A stretch of 64,000 nt of DNA from Promethearchaeota archaeon. Its GTDB lineage: Archaea > Asgardarchaeota > Lokiarchaeia > Sigyniarchaeales > SOKP01. Every line of letters begins with the position of its first letter. Position 1 is the stretch's first letter. Where the stretch lies: contig JBHLNF010000002.1 in NCBI GenBank assembly GCA_048937405.1, positions 1-64,000 on the forward strand, read 5' to 3'. Position numbers and translations under genes: made by a program. The notes beneath the pieces were generated by a model that saw only the letters and a program-made list of their open reading frames with translations, had not been told where the DNA came from and did no database searches. Positions 50,564-61,234 of the stretch are shown here, in pieces.

Positions 50564-50787
50564 TAATTATAACGAAGTCATTTTTATTTCTTCTTTTTTA
50601 TTCTCTTTTTATGTAATATTTTCGGAAATCCATATCTTTGTTATTTTAATTTTATTAAATCTAAAATAATCTCTTGGAAATCTGAAAGGATAAAAAAGGT
50701 AAAATTATAAAAAGCTAATACTTTTCTAATAAACATCATTAATCAGTATCAATTAATTCTATTATAAAAGGCTCTAAATAAGGTAAA

Positions 50788-52665
50788 ATGGAAGTTATCG
50801 ATAAAAAAAATCTTGATAAATTAAAAGATCTTAATAATAGTCGTGTCTTAAAAATCGTGAATGAGTTTATTACGTTATGTAAACCCTCTAAAGTCTCAGT
50901 TATAACAGATTCTAAAGAAGATATAGATTATGTGAGAAACAGAGCTATTGAACTTGGAGAAGAAGCAAAATTAAACTTGGAAGGACATACCATCCATTAT
51001 GATGGATTTTTTTCAATGGTTAATCATGATCAAGCTAGAGATATTGAACATACTCAAGTGCTTGTGCCTAAAGATGAATTAGACTTATATCCATGGATAA
51101 ATACCATGGAAAGAGAACAAGGTTTAAAAGAAATCTTGGAAATAATGGATGGTTGTATGGAAGGTCATGAATGTGTTGTTCGCTTTTTCTGTCTAGGACC
51201 AAAAAAATCCAAATTTTCAATCCTTGCACTTCAATTGACTGACTCATTTTATGTTGCACATAGTGAAGATCTATTATATAGAGCGGGTTATGAGGAATTC
51301 AAAAATTTGAGTAAATCTGATGATTTTTTCTATTTTATCCATTCTTCTGGGGAATTAACTGGTGATCCACCAGTTACCAAAAATCTCGAGAAAAGGAGAA
51401 TTTATATAGATTTAAAAGAAGGAAGTGTACTTTCGGTAAATAATCAGTATGCTGGAAATTCACTAGGATTAAAAAAACTTGCTTTACGTTTAGGGATTTA
51501 TAAAGCTAATAACGAAGATTGGCTAACTGAGCATTATTTTATAATGGGGGTCCATCCAAAAGGAAAGAACAGAATCTCATTTTTCTGTGGGGCATTTCCT
51601 TCTGCATGTGGCAAAACCAGCACTGCTATGTTACCAGGGCAAACTATAGTAGGTGATGATATTGCGTACCTTCGAGTTTGGGAAGATGGCTATGCTCATT
51701 CAGTAAACATTGAGAGAGGAATATTTGGAATAATTAAGGATGTTAATGCTAAAGATGATCCTGTTATATTTGATGCTCTGACAACACCCCGAGAAACTAT
51801 CTTTTCTAATGTTCTAATTAAAGATGGAGCACCGTATTGGATAGGGGATGGGAGAACAATTCCAGATGAGGGATTTAATTTTTCAGGTAATTGGAAAAAG
51901 GGAAAAAAGGATGAAAATGGGACAGAAATTCCCCTTGCTCATCCAAATGCTCGGTATACAATCCGTATTGAAGAATTAGATAATGCTGATCCTAACCTCC
52001 ATGATCCGGATGGAGTACCTGTCCATGGAATTTTATATGGAGGTCGCGACAGCGATACAATGCCCCCAGTAATTGAAAGCCTCAATTGGGAACATGGTGT
52101 TTTTTTAGGGGCTTCAATTGAATCAGAAACTACTTCTGCTACCCTTGGTGCCGAAGGAGTTAGAAAACAACAACCTATGGCCAATTTAGATTTTATGGTG
52201 GTTCCTTTAGGAAAATATATAGAAAACCATAAAAAATTTGGAATTAGGCTAGATTATTGTCCAAAAGTTTTTGCCACTAACTATTTTCTTAAAAATAAAC
52301 AGGGCAAGTATTTAAATGGAATTTTAGATAAACTTTGTTGGGTAATATGGGCAGAAGGGCGGGTTAATGGTGATTTTCAGGCTATTAAAACAGTAATTGG
52401 TTATATTCCAGAATATTCAGATTTAAAAATACTTTTTAAAGAATATCTTGATAAAGAATATAAGGAAAAAGACTATATTAAGCAATTTTCTATTAGACCT
52501 AATAAGCTTCTCGATAAATTGGATCGTATTGAAATAATGTATAAGAAAGAAAAAGATATGCCTAAATTTTTCTGGAATATACTTAAAAATCTAAGATCAA
52601 ATCTAAAAGATTTGAAAAAAGAGTATAATGGTGAGGAAATTTCTCCTTTATCATTTAAAAAATAA
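50788..52665 (+). CDS. pckG: Phosphoenolpyruvate carboxykinase (GTP)
   Basis: YAGNSLGLKK, FPSACGKTS, VGDDIAY, HPNARY, GGRD. Confidence 0.96.
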   Translation: MEVIDKKNLDKLKDLNNSRVLKIVNEFITLCKPSKVSVITDSKEDIDYVRNRAIELGEEAKLNLEGHTIHYDGFFSMVNHDQARDIEHTQVLVPKDELDLYPWINTMEREQGLKEILEIMDGCMEGHECVVRFFCLGPKKSKFSILALQLTDSFYVAHSEDLLYRAGYEEFKNLSKSDDFFYFIHSSGELTGDPPVTKNLEKRRIYIDLKEGSVLSVNNQYAGNSLGLKKLALRLGIYKANNEDWLTEHYFIMGVHPKGKNRISFFCGAFPSACGKTSTAMLPGQTIVGDDIAYLRVWEDGYAHSVNIERGIFGIIKDVNAKDDPVIFDALTTPRETIFSNVLIKDGAPYWIGDGRTIPDEGFNFSGNWKKGKKDENGTEIPLAHPNARYTIRIEELDNADPNLHDPDGVPVHGILYGGRDSDTMPPVIESLNWEHGVFLGASIESETTSATLGAEGVRKQQPMANLDFMVVPLGKYIENHKKFGIRLDYCPKVFATNYFLKNKQGKYLNGILDKLCWVIWAEGRVNGDFQAIKTVIGYIPEYSDLKILFKEYLDKEYKEKDYIKQFSIRPNKLLDKLDRIEIMYKKEKDMPKFFWNILKNLRSNLKDLKKEYNGEEISPLSFKK

Positions 52666-52683
52666 TTTATTTTAAAAAAATAA

Positions 52684-53379
52684 TCAGATTAGGTATTTCA
52701 TCCCACTTCTTACCTTATAAACTTTATTTATTCTGTCCACTTCAATAAAACGTTTAATCTCTAAGTTATTTAATAAATCTCGCATTTGAACTTTATCTTT
52801 TTTTAATTCTCGAGCCAATCCCTCAATATCATTTTCATAAGTACGAAGTGTTTGTAGTAATGTTGAATATTCTTCATAAATATGATTTACCAAATAAGTG
52901 ATTGATTCTCTTATATTCATTCCAGTTTTAGTACTTGTAGGAAAGATTTTACTATCTTCAGGTAAATAATTTTGAGCTTGAATAACTTCTGGAGATCTTG
53001 CACCTTCGACATCCTGCTTATTTGCTAAAAATACCACTGGAGTATTAGAAGGTAATAACTTTCGAATAGAATTTAAGATTACGATAGCACTATCATCTTT
53101 TTCTGGAGCAACGGCATCAAAAATAAATACTATACCATCCGAACCATTAGTAACTATATTTCTCATTATTGAGAATCGTAAAAGTCCTGGAGTACCAAAT
53201 AAATAGCAATCAAATCCATTTAACTTTATACTTCCAAGATCCATCCCCACTGTATAAAATTTCTCGTCCTTTCCTTTTGCTTCTACATTCAAAGCATTTG
53301 GATCTAATGCTTTAATATAGCTTGATTTACCTGATTGTAATGGACCAGAAACTAGAATTTTTATAACCGTTTCACCAAT
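52684..53379 (-). CDS. MglA/GPN-like small GTPase with C-terminal wHTH; extended upstream of the track call to include the P-loop
   Basis: In-frame upstream IGETVIKILVSGPLQSGKSS; TVGMDLG, FGTPG, NKQD, TST; helical C-tail LLNNLEIKRFIEVD. Confidence 0.85.
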   Translation of the reverse strand: MGETVIKILVSGPLQSGKSSYIKALDPNALNVEAKGKDEKFYTVGMDLGSIKLNGFDCYLFGTPGLLRFSIMRNIVTNGSDGIVFIFDAVAPEKDDSAIVILNSIRKLLPSNTPVVFLANKQDVEGARSPEVIQAQNYLPEDSKIFPTSTKTGMNIRESITYLVNHIYEEYSTLLQTLRTYENDIEGLARELKKDKVQMRDLLNNLEIKRFIEVDRINKVYKVRSGMKYLI

Positions 53380-53834
53380 TTTTAGTAATGCAAGTTTAAC
53401 TTAGATTTTACTTTTTTATTTATATATTTAAAAGGATAATATATTTGGATAATATATTTGTTATTATCTTTTTAATATTTTAAATAGTTAATTTATGCTT
53501 TAATTATAATAAAATTAATATTTTCATTTCAAGTTTTTGCAAAAATTAAAAAATTCTTTTATAAAATTAACTAATTTTCACTTGATTTATTTATTCTTTT
53601 AGAAATTATTTTTCAAATTATTTATAATAAAAAATTTAGAAAAATTAGATATTGAGAAATCTGTAAGAATTTTAAAAATTATGAACTTTCTACTAATTAA
53701 TTTTTTTTTTCCTTATATCTATTTTTAGCAATACCAGTATAATTAAAATTGGACTAATAATTAACCAAATTATCAATAAAAAAAAGCATTATATTTATCA
53801 AGTACAAAAATGGAATCAAAAGAAGATATCAAAA

Positions 53835-54914
53835 GTGGAACAATCAAAAATTAGACCCGAAATTCTTAAATTAGTAGAAACTAGGCAAAAAATTGAGAGC
53901 CTTGCAACTCAAGAATTTCTTAAACTTGAAGAAAACAAGGGAGTTAATCTAAAAGCATATTTACAGAAAGTAGCAAAAGGAAATGAATTATATCATCAGA
54001 TTGCATGTAATAAGAGTGAAAATATAGAAGAACTCCATAAAATATTATCCTATGAAGATATGCTATTTTTGGCAAGATATTTTCGATTCATCTCCAATTA
54101 TACAGCAAATATGACTTTAGAACGACATCCAGTACCAGAAAGTATAAACGTAGAAGAAATCGATGCTGGAGGTGTTGCGGCAGAATGGCAAATTATTCCT
54201 GAAGCAAAAAATGATAGAGTCCTCTTATATTTTCATGGTGGAGCCATGATTGTAATGTCTCCAAAAACCCACAGATTATTAACAATTGAAATAGCAAAAC
54301 TTACTAAAATGCGTGTATTGAGTGTTGATTATCGTCTTGCACCTGAACATCCACATCCTGCACCTTTAGAAGACTGCGTTAAAGCATATCATTGGCTTCT
54401 TTCCAAGGGATATAAACCTGAAAACATAATTATTGCTGGAGATTCAGCAGGAGGTAGTTTAACACTAACTACTTTACTAAAAGTACGTGATGAAGGTTCA
54501 CCATTACCTTTAGGAGCTGTTACAATGTCACCACATACAGATCATACCACTTTAAGTAGAACTATTTATGAAAATGTTAAATCAGATCCTTTACTATCAA
54601 ATTCAGGTCATTTTTGGTTTTCTCAGGCTTTTTTAGCTGGAGCAGATCCAAAAGAACCATTAGCATCTCCTCTTTTTGCAGATTTAAAGGGGTTGCCTCC
54701 TCTTTTAGTACAGGTTAGTACAAGCGAAATGCTATATGATCATTCAACACGATTTGTAGAAAAAGCTAATGCTGCGGGCGTAAATGTTACATTACAAGAA
54801 TGGGATGGTATGGTCCATGTATTTCAAGGTTATGGGTTAAATATTTTACCTGAAGCTAGAGAAGCATTGAATAAAATTGGTGAATTTATTCAATCTCTAT
54901 TCAACAAAATTTAA
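53835..54914 (+). CDS. Hormone-sensitive-lipase family esterase
   Basis: HGGA, DYRLAPEHP, GDSAGG, LPPLL, HVFQ. Confidence 0.93.
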   Translation: MEQSKIRPEILKLVETRQKIESLATQEFLKLEENKGVNLKAYLQKVAKGNELYHQIACNKSENIEELHKILSYEDMLFLARYFRFISNYTANMTLERHPVPESINVEEIDAGGVAAEWQIIPEAKNDRVLLYFHGGAMIVMSPKTHRLLTIEIAKLTKMRVLSVDYRLAPEHPHPAPLEDCVKAYHWLLSKGYKPENIIIAGDSAGGSLTLTTLLKVRDEGSPLPLGAVTMSPHTDHTTLSRTIYENVKSDPLLSNSGHFWFSQAFLAGADPKEPLASPLFADLKGLPPLLVQVSTSEMLYDHSTRFVEKANAAGVNVTLQEWDGMVHVFQGYGLNILPEAREALNKIGEFIQSLFNKI

Positions 54915-55137
54915 TTTTTATTACTTTTTTTTTGATGAAAAGTAGATTGTTTGTTTTAGAATTAATAAAAATATTATGTTTTTTTTAATCAAATTTAATA
55001 TTAGTTGAAATTTGAATTTGTAATAGATAATCTTTTATATAGCGAGTGTTTTTTATAAAAACTATATCTTTTGGATTCATTTGATATTATTATTGGAAAG
55101 ATTAGTTATTTTGAACTCTGTATTTTATTAAATAGGA

Positions 55138-56367
55138 GTGATTTTTAATAATAGTAACGTGAAATTAACTGAAGTTATCCAAATAAACTATTCATCAGAA
55201 TTATCACACTTATGTCATTTAGCTAAGAATCTTTACAATTTAGCAAATTGGTATGTGAGACAACAGTTCTTTAATCTCAATACTCTCTTATCATATTATG
55301 ATTTAGATTTCATTCTTAATCATAAACAAGCTTATCAGAGCCTTCCTTCTCAAACATCACAACAAATTCTCAAATACGTGAGCAGAAATTGGAAATCTTA
55401 TTTCAGAGGATTAGAAGAATATAAAATAAATTTTAAGAAATTTAAAAAAAAGCCCAAAATTCCACGATATAAGAAGAAAAATGGAGAATTTGTAATAATT
55501 TTCACTAATCAGCAGTGTAAAATTAAGAATGGATATTTGTATTTTCCTAAAAAGGTGAATATAGAACCAGTTAAAACAAGAATCACCGAAAGGTTAAAAG
55601 AAGTGAGGATAGTCCCTTTAGGAATAAAATATAAAATTGAAATTATATATGAAAAAGAAGTGAAGGATTTAAAATTAGATAAAGATCATATATTAAGTAT
55701 TGATTTAGGATTAAATAATCTCATAACTGCGGTAAATAATAATGGATGCAAACCATTTATTGTTAAAGGTGGGCTGATAAAATCCATAAATCAATATTAT
55801 AATAAGCAATTGGCATATTTTAGGCGTATAGAAAATAAAAAAGGCAATTTCACTGATACAAAACGAATTCAAAAACTTCATTTAACTCGAAACAATAAAC
55901 TTACCACCTTATTTCATCGAATCTCAAAGAATGTAATTGAGTATTGTGTTCAAAATAACATTGGGACAATAGTAATAGGATACAATCATGGCTGGAAGCA
56001 AAAAATCAACATAGGAAAACGAAATAATCAGAAATTTGTACAAATCCCTTTCCTGAAATTAGTAAAACAACTCGAATATAAAGCGAAATTGAAAGGTATC
56101 CATGTTTTAACTATTGATGAATGTCATACTTCTAAATGTTCTTTCTTAGATAATGAACCAATTGAAAAACATAAAAAATATGCAGGAAAAAGAATTTCTA
56201 GAGGGCTGTTCAAAACCTCTAAAGGTATTCTACTCAATGCTGATGTGAATGGAGCATATAATATTATGAAAAAAGCATTCCCAAATGCCATATCGGTGGA
56301 TGGGATAGAGGCATTTGGACTAATGCCACAAATACTACAACTTAACATTGTTGATATTAGTATTTGA
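55138..56367 (+). CDS. tnpB: TnpB-family nuclease, rearranged-RuvC type
   Basis: AKNLYN, SIDLG, IVIGYNHGWKQ, DECHTSKCS, R..RGLF, NADVNGAYNI. Confidence 0.92.
   Translation: MIFNNSNVKLTEVIQINYSSELSHLCHLAKNLYNLANWYVRQQFFNLNTLLSYYDLDFILNHKQAYQSLPSQTSQQILKYVSRNWKSYFRGLEEYKINFKKFKKKPKIPRYKKKNGEFVIIFTNQQCKIKNGYLYFPKKVNIEPVKTRITERLKEVRIVPLGIKYKIEIIYEKEVKDLKLDKDHILSIDLGLNNLITAVNNNGCKPFIVKGGLIKSINQYYNKQLAYFRRIENKKGNFTDTKRIQKLHLTRNNKLTTLFHRISKNVIEYCVQNNIGTIVIGYNHGWKQKINIGKRNNQKFVQIPFLKLVKQLEYKAKLKGIHVLTIDECHTSKCSFLDNEPIEKHKKYAGKRISRGLFKTSKGILLNADVNGAYNIMKKAFPNAISVDGIEAFGLMPQILQLNIVDISI
56281..56366 (+). ncRNA. Structured region overlapping the tnpB 3' end (probable omegaRNA scaffold part)
   Basis: CCAAATGCC/GGCATTTGG and CAAATACTA/TAGTATTTG 9-bp stems with inner TATC/GATA and CAAC/GTTG stems. 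Confidence 0.5.
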
Positions 56368-56662
56368 AATAAAATGAGTATAATTTTACTTTTTTTAATG
56401 GTCTTGCATTTCCAAGTATGATAGATTTTATCAAGAAAAGCATGCAAAAATACCCTTAATTATTAATCTTTTAAATAAAAATGGTGAAATTTTAATAATA
56501 TTTTACTAGTTTTGTTCTTTTTTTAAATTACTATTTTTAAGGAAAAAACACCTTCTTTTATCATATTTTGAATAAGTATTTAAGATTGATAAATTAAAAA
56601 GTTGTAAAATTTTTAATTCAATACTTTTTCCGTTCTTTTTATATGAAATGATACATAAAAAT

Positions 56663-56732
56663 GTCGGAAATTTTAAAAAAAGTTATTTAAATCCGACTTG
56701 GTAAAAAATATTTAAATACGAAGATCGATCTT
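56663..56732. promoter_or_regulatory. Inverted repeats around a TATA-like box upstream of the hdr cluster
   Basis: GTCGGA(56663)...TCCGAC(56697); TTTAAATA 56711-56718; perfect AAGATCGATCTT 56721-56732. Confidence 0.35.
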
Positions 56733-56867
56733 AATTATAGTATTGGGAAAAATTATTGGAATGCTTAAAAATATAATAAATACATTATTAAAAATATCAA
56801 TATTTATAAGTTTAGATAATTAGAATCTAAAACATATTAAATAAATTAATGTATAGTCTGAAAAATT

Positions 56868-57374
56868 ATGCAAATGGTTGATTTTGAATTTCGAAATGAG
56901 CTTATAAAAGAAGATTTCTCATTAAATTATTGCTATCAATGTGGAACTTGTTCTAGCTCATGTCCAGTAGCACTCATTACAGAAGGGGAATATAACCCGC
57001 GAAAAATTATTGAACAATCACTTTTAGGCCTTAAAGAGTTGCTTATTAAAGAACAAAAACCTAATATATGGCTGTGCTGTACATGTCAGATGTGTGTAGA
57101 AGAGTGCCCCCAAGATGTTTTTTTGACAGAAATATTTGAAAGAATTAAGAATAAAATAGTATCAGTGGGAGAACCTTATCCGGAGACATTTAAAACGCAA
57201 GCTATAAGTGTACTTGAAAATGGTCTGGCAATTCCATTTACACAACCCATTATTCGTAGGAGAGATCAATTAGAACTTCCAAAAGTGGAGGTTGTTGACG
57301 TTAACGAGATAAAAAAATTACTAGATGCTACTGATTTTAGAAAAAAAATTAATATAATGGAGGCAAGTAAATAA
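56868..57374 (+). CDS. hdrC: Heterodisulfide reductase subunit C
   Basis: CYQCGTCSSSCP; WLCCTCQMCVEECP. Confidence 0.93.
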   Translation: MQMVDFEFRNELIKEDFSLNYCYQCGTCSSSCPVALITEGEYNPRKIIEQSLLGLKELLIKEQKPNIWLCCTCQMCVEECPQDVFLTEIFERIKNKIVSVGEPYPETFKTQAISVLENGLAIPFTQPIIRRRDQLELPKVEVVDVNEIKKLLDATDFRKKINIMEASK

Positions 57375-57375
57375 G

Positions 57376-58245
57376 ATGTCTTATAATTATTTTTTAGGGT
57401 GTGTTATTCCTGGAAGGCTTCCATTTTTAGAAGCATCAGCCCGAAAAACATTTGAGAAAATTGGTCTGAAAGTGGGAGATCAAAAAAATTGTTCTTGCTG
57501 TCCAGATCCTACTGGAGCAGCTCAATTGGATCATGAATCATTCTTAGCTTTGGGAGCAAGAAATATATGTATTTTTGAAGAAAGTAAAAAAGGTATATTA
57601 AGTCTTTGTTCTGGGTGTACTGAATCTCTCAAAACAGTAAAGCATATATTAGATAATGATAATGAGAAAAAAAAAGAGATTAATTTGAAATTAAAGGCAA
57701 TTGGGAAGACTTATAAAGGTAATATCGATATTAAGCATTTTGCTGAAGTATTATATGAAAATATTGAAAAGATTGAGAAATTAGTTAAAAATCCATTAAA
57801 GGATTTAAAAGTTGCAGGTCATCCTGGTTGTCACTATTTACGCCCGTCGGAAATAATAAATTGGGATGATCCACTTAATCCTCAAACGTTAGATAAATTA
57901 ATAAAAGTAATTGGAGCAGATCCTGTTGATTATAGTTTGAAGAATGAGTGTTGTGGGAACCCAGTAGAAAAATCTGATAAAGAGATTTCGTTAAATATGC
58001 TAGAAAGTAAACTCAAAAGTATGAAGGAAGCAGGTTCAGACTGTATTGCTGTTGTATGTCCCGCTTGTTATCAACAATTTGATTTCAATCAGAGAGAAAT
58101 AAATAAAAGAAATAATACAGATTATAATTTTCCTGTTTTTTATATTACTGAACTGATTGCTGTAGCTTTAGGAATGAATATTGAAAAACTTGGATTAAAT
58201 TTCCATAGGATTAAAGTTAATGATATTCTACAGAAAATTACTTAA
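57376..58245 (+). CDS. hdrB: Heterodisulfide reductase subunit B
   Basis: FLGC, SCCP, CSGC, HPGCH, CCG, CPAC..QFD (CCG domains). Confidence 0.95.
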   Translation: MSYNYFLGCVIPGRLPFLEASARKTFEKIGLKVGDQKNCSCCPDPTGAAQLDHESFLALGARNICIFEESKKGILSLCSGCTESLKTVKHILDNDNEKKKEINLKLKAIGKTYKGNIDIKHFAEVLYENIEKIEKLVKNPLKDLKVAGHPGCHYLRPSEIINWDDPLNPQTLDKLIKVIGADPVDYSLKNECCGNPVEKSDKEISLNMLESKLKSMKEAGSDCIAVVCPACYQQFDFNQREINKRNNTDYNFPVFYITELIAVALGMNIEKLGLNFHRIKVNDILQKIT

Positions 58246-58265
58246 AATGTAGGAGGTGATCGAAT

Positions 58266-59561
58266 TTGAGTGAGAAATCAAAAAAGGTAATGGTTATTGG
58301 CGGAGGAATCTCCGGAATTCAAGCATCTTTAGATTTAGCTGAAAGAGGTATAGAGGTTGAATTGATTGAAAAAAATGCCTGTATTGGAGGGAGGATGGCT
58401 CAACTTGATAAAACCTTTCCTACAAATGATTGTTCAATCTGTATTTTAGCTCCAAAGTTGGCAGAATGTTTCCGGCATCCGAATATTACTTTACATACGC
58501 TTTCAGAAGTGAAGAATTTATCAGGCCAACCAGGAAATTTTAATGTAAAGATTTTTAAGAAAGCTAGATATGTGAAGGCAGAGAAGTGTATAAATTGCGG
58601 GCAATGTATAGAAAAATGTCCAATGAGGGTAGATGATGAATTTGATATGAAATTAAGAAAACGGAGAGCAATTTATATCGATTATGTTCAAGGAGTTCCC
58701 TCAATAATGACAATAGATCGAGAAAATTGTTTATTTTTCACTAAAAATGCTTGTAGAATTTGTGAAAAAGTATGTGAAAGAGAAGCGATTGATTTCGATC
58801 AAAAGGATAAAGAAATTGAATTAAATGTTGGTTCCATCATCGTAGCAACAGGGTATGATATATTTAACCCAACATCACTAGAATCTTTAGGGTATGGACG
58901 TTATCCCAATGTTGTTACAGCTTTAGAATTTGAAAGATTAATTTGTGCTTCTGGGCCTTTAGGTGGTCACTTGATGAGACCTTCGGATAAAAATGAACCA
59001 ACAAAGTTAGCTTTTATTAATTGTGTGGGTTCAAGGGATATAAAGAATAATCCATATTGTTCATCCTGTTGTTGCATGTATACTACTAAAGAAGCTATGA
59101 TAGCGTTTGAACATAATAATGAAATAGAGACTTCAATATTTTACATCGATCTTCGAGCCGCAGGTAAAGGTTTTCGAGAATATATTCAAAGAGGGGAAAA
59201 TGAATATGCTATTAAATATATTAAAGGGAAGGTAGCAAAGATATTGGAAGACGATCAAAGGAATCCTCTCATTGTTTATGAAGATATTAATACTTCACAA
59301 GTTAAACAGCTTAAATTTGACTTAGTAATTTTAGCTACTACTATGGTACCTAAAAAAGATGCTAAAGATTTATCTAAAATATTAGGAATCAAGGTAAATG
59401 ATTTTAATTTTTTCAAAGCAAACAATTATCAACCACAGATATCCTCTAAGGAAGGAATATTTCTCTGTGGTGCTTGTAGAGAACCAATGGATATTCCAAG
59501 TTCAGTTGTTGATGCAAGTGGAGCGGCTGCTAAAGCAGCTGAAATAGTAATGAGGGGATAA
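58266..59561 (+). CDS. hdrA: HdrA-like flavoprotein module 1
   Basis: GGGISG, LDKTFPTNDCSIC, 2x[4Fe-4S], CVGSR, YCSSCCC; GGAGGTGAT SD upstream. Confidence 0.92.
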   Translation: MSEKSKKVMVIGGGISGIQASLDLAERGIEVELIEKNACIGGRMAQLDKTFPTNDCSICILAPKLAECFRHPNITLHTLSEVKNLSGQPGNFNVKIFKKARYVKAEKCINCGQCIEKCPMRVDDEFDMKLRKRRAIYIDYVQGVPSIMTIDRENCLFFTKNACRICEKVCEREAIDFDQKDKEIELNVGSIIVATGYDIFNPTSLESLGYGRYPNVVTALEFERLICASGPLGGHLMRPSDKNEPTKLAFINCVGSRDIKNNPYCSSCCCMYTTKEAMIAFEHNNEIETSIFYIDLRAAGKGFREYIQRGENEYAIKYIKGKVAKILEDDQRNPLIVYEDINTSQVKQLKFDLVILATTMVPKKDAKDLSKILGIKVNDFNFFKANNYQPQISSKEGIFLCGACREPMDIPSSVVDASGAAAKAAEIVMRG

Positions 59562-59566
59562 AAAAA

Positions 59567-61234
59567 ATGTCAGATAAAGAAATTAGAATTGGTGTTTTTA
59601 TTTGTCATTGTGGTACTAATATAGGTGGAGTTTTAAATATTGAGGAGTTAACGGATTATACTAAAACTTTACCAAATGTAGTTTATAGTGCTGGTAACCT
59701 TTATACGTGTTCAGAAGTTGGATTAACTGAGATTAGAGAGAATATTAAGGAACATAATCTAAATCGTGTTATTGTAGCATCGTGTTCTCCTCGAACTCAT
59801 GAACCTTTATTTCGAGCAACCTGCCAAGAAGCAGGTCTTAATCCATATTTATTCGAAATGGTTAACATTCGAGATCAAGATTCATGGGTTCATATGAAGG
59901 AACCAGAAAAAGGCACAGAAAAAGCTAAAGATCTCATTAGAATGGGTGTATATAAAGCCACCTTGTTAGAACCATTGGAAAAAATGCAAGTTAGTGTAAT
60001 ACCTTCTGCCGTTGTAATAGGTGGAGGGATTGCAGGAATGAATGCTGCTTTAAATTTAGCAAACCAGAGATTTAAAGTAAGTTTGATAGAAAAAGATTCT
60101 GAATTAGGAGGATTAATTAGACATCTCAATAAAATATATCCTACAAATGAAGATGCTTCAAATTTATTAGAAACAAGAAATTTAGTAGAAAGCCATAAAG
60201 AAATAGATGTATATAAATCTGCAACAATAGAAAAAATTGAAGGGTATGTAGGAAACTTTAAAATTGTTATTCAACAAAATAAAAAAATTATAGAAATTGA
60301 GGCAGGTGCAATTATTGTTGCTACTGGAGCAAAGGCATTATCACCTGAAGGATATTATAATTATAATGGAAAATCCATAATAAGTCAATTAGAATTAGAG
60401 AGATTGTTAAAAGAAAATTCAGTTAATGCTAAAAATATTACAATGATACAATGTGTGGGTTGTAGAAATGAAGAACGAAAATACTGTTCTAATATATGTT
60501 GTATGACCGCTCTTAAAAATGCAATTTTAATCAAAGAACAAAGCCCAGATACTAACATCAACGTAATTTTTAGAGATATGCAAACACAAGGGGTTGTTTA
60601 TGAAGAATACTATAGAAGAGCAAGAGAAATGGGAATATTATTCATAAAATATTTACCAGATAAACCCCCAAATATTAAAAAGAATATTATTGAGGTTTAT
60701 AATGAATTTATGAATCAAGATATCGGTTTTCCCTATGATCTTGTTGTGTTATCGATGCCCCTTATAGCTAATGAAGATTCGGAGAGATTAGCTAAAATGT
60801 TAAAGGTTCCATTAGAAGAGAACAATTTCTTTTTAGAGGCTCATGTGAAATTAAGACCGGTTGACTTTGCTACAGACGGAGTGTTTGTATGTGGTTCTGC
60901 TCATTGGCCAGCAGATATTTCAGAAAGCATATCACAATCAAATGCAGCAGCTTCCAGAGCTAGTACAATTCTTTCTAAAGAAATGCTAGAAGTAGAAGGA
61001 TCTACTGCCGAAGTTAATACTGATTTATGTGTAGGCTGTGAAGCATGTATAAAGATTTGCCCTTATAGTGCAATATCTAAAGATGAAGAAACTGATACAG
61101 TAATAGTTAATAAAGTTGTTTGTAAAGGATGTGGAGTATGTGGTGCAAGTTGTCCACAGAATGCTATTATTATACATCATTTTACATCGGATCAAATTGT
61201 AGCTGAAATTGTAACTTATGGAGGTGGAGAATAG
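59567..61234 (+). CDS. hdrA: HdrA-like flavoprotein module 2
   Basis: RIGVFICHCG, ASCSPRTHE, NIRDQ, GGGIAG, EAHVKLRP, C-terminal ferredoxin. Confidence 0.92.
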   Translation: MSDKEIRIGVFICHCGTNIGGVLNIEELTDYTKTLPNVVYSAGNLYTCSEVGLTEIRENIKEHNLNRVIVASCSPRTHEPLFRATCQEAGLNPYLFEMVNIRDQDSWVHMKEPEKGTEKAKDLIRMGVYKATLLEPLEKMQVSVIPSAVVIGGGIAGMNAALNLANQRFKVSLIEKDSELGGLIRHLNKIYPTNEDASNLLETRNLVESHKEIDVYKSATIEKIEGYVGNFKIVIQQNKKIIEIEAGAIIVATGAKALSPEGYYNYNGKSIISQLELERLLKENSVNAKNITMIQCVGCRNEERKYCSNICCMTALKNAILIKEQSPDTNINVIFRDMQTQGVVYEEYYRRAREMGILFIKYLPDKPPNIKKNIIEVYNEFMNQDIGFPYDLVVLSMPLIANEDSERLAKMLKVPLEENNFFLEAHVKLRPVDFATDGVFVCGSAHWPADISESISQSNAAASRASTILSKEMLEVEGSTAEVNTDLCVGCEACIKICPYSAISKDEETDTVIVNKVVCKGCGVCGASCPQNAIIIHHFTSDQIVAEIVTYGGGE

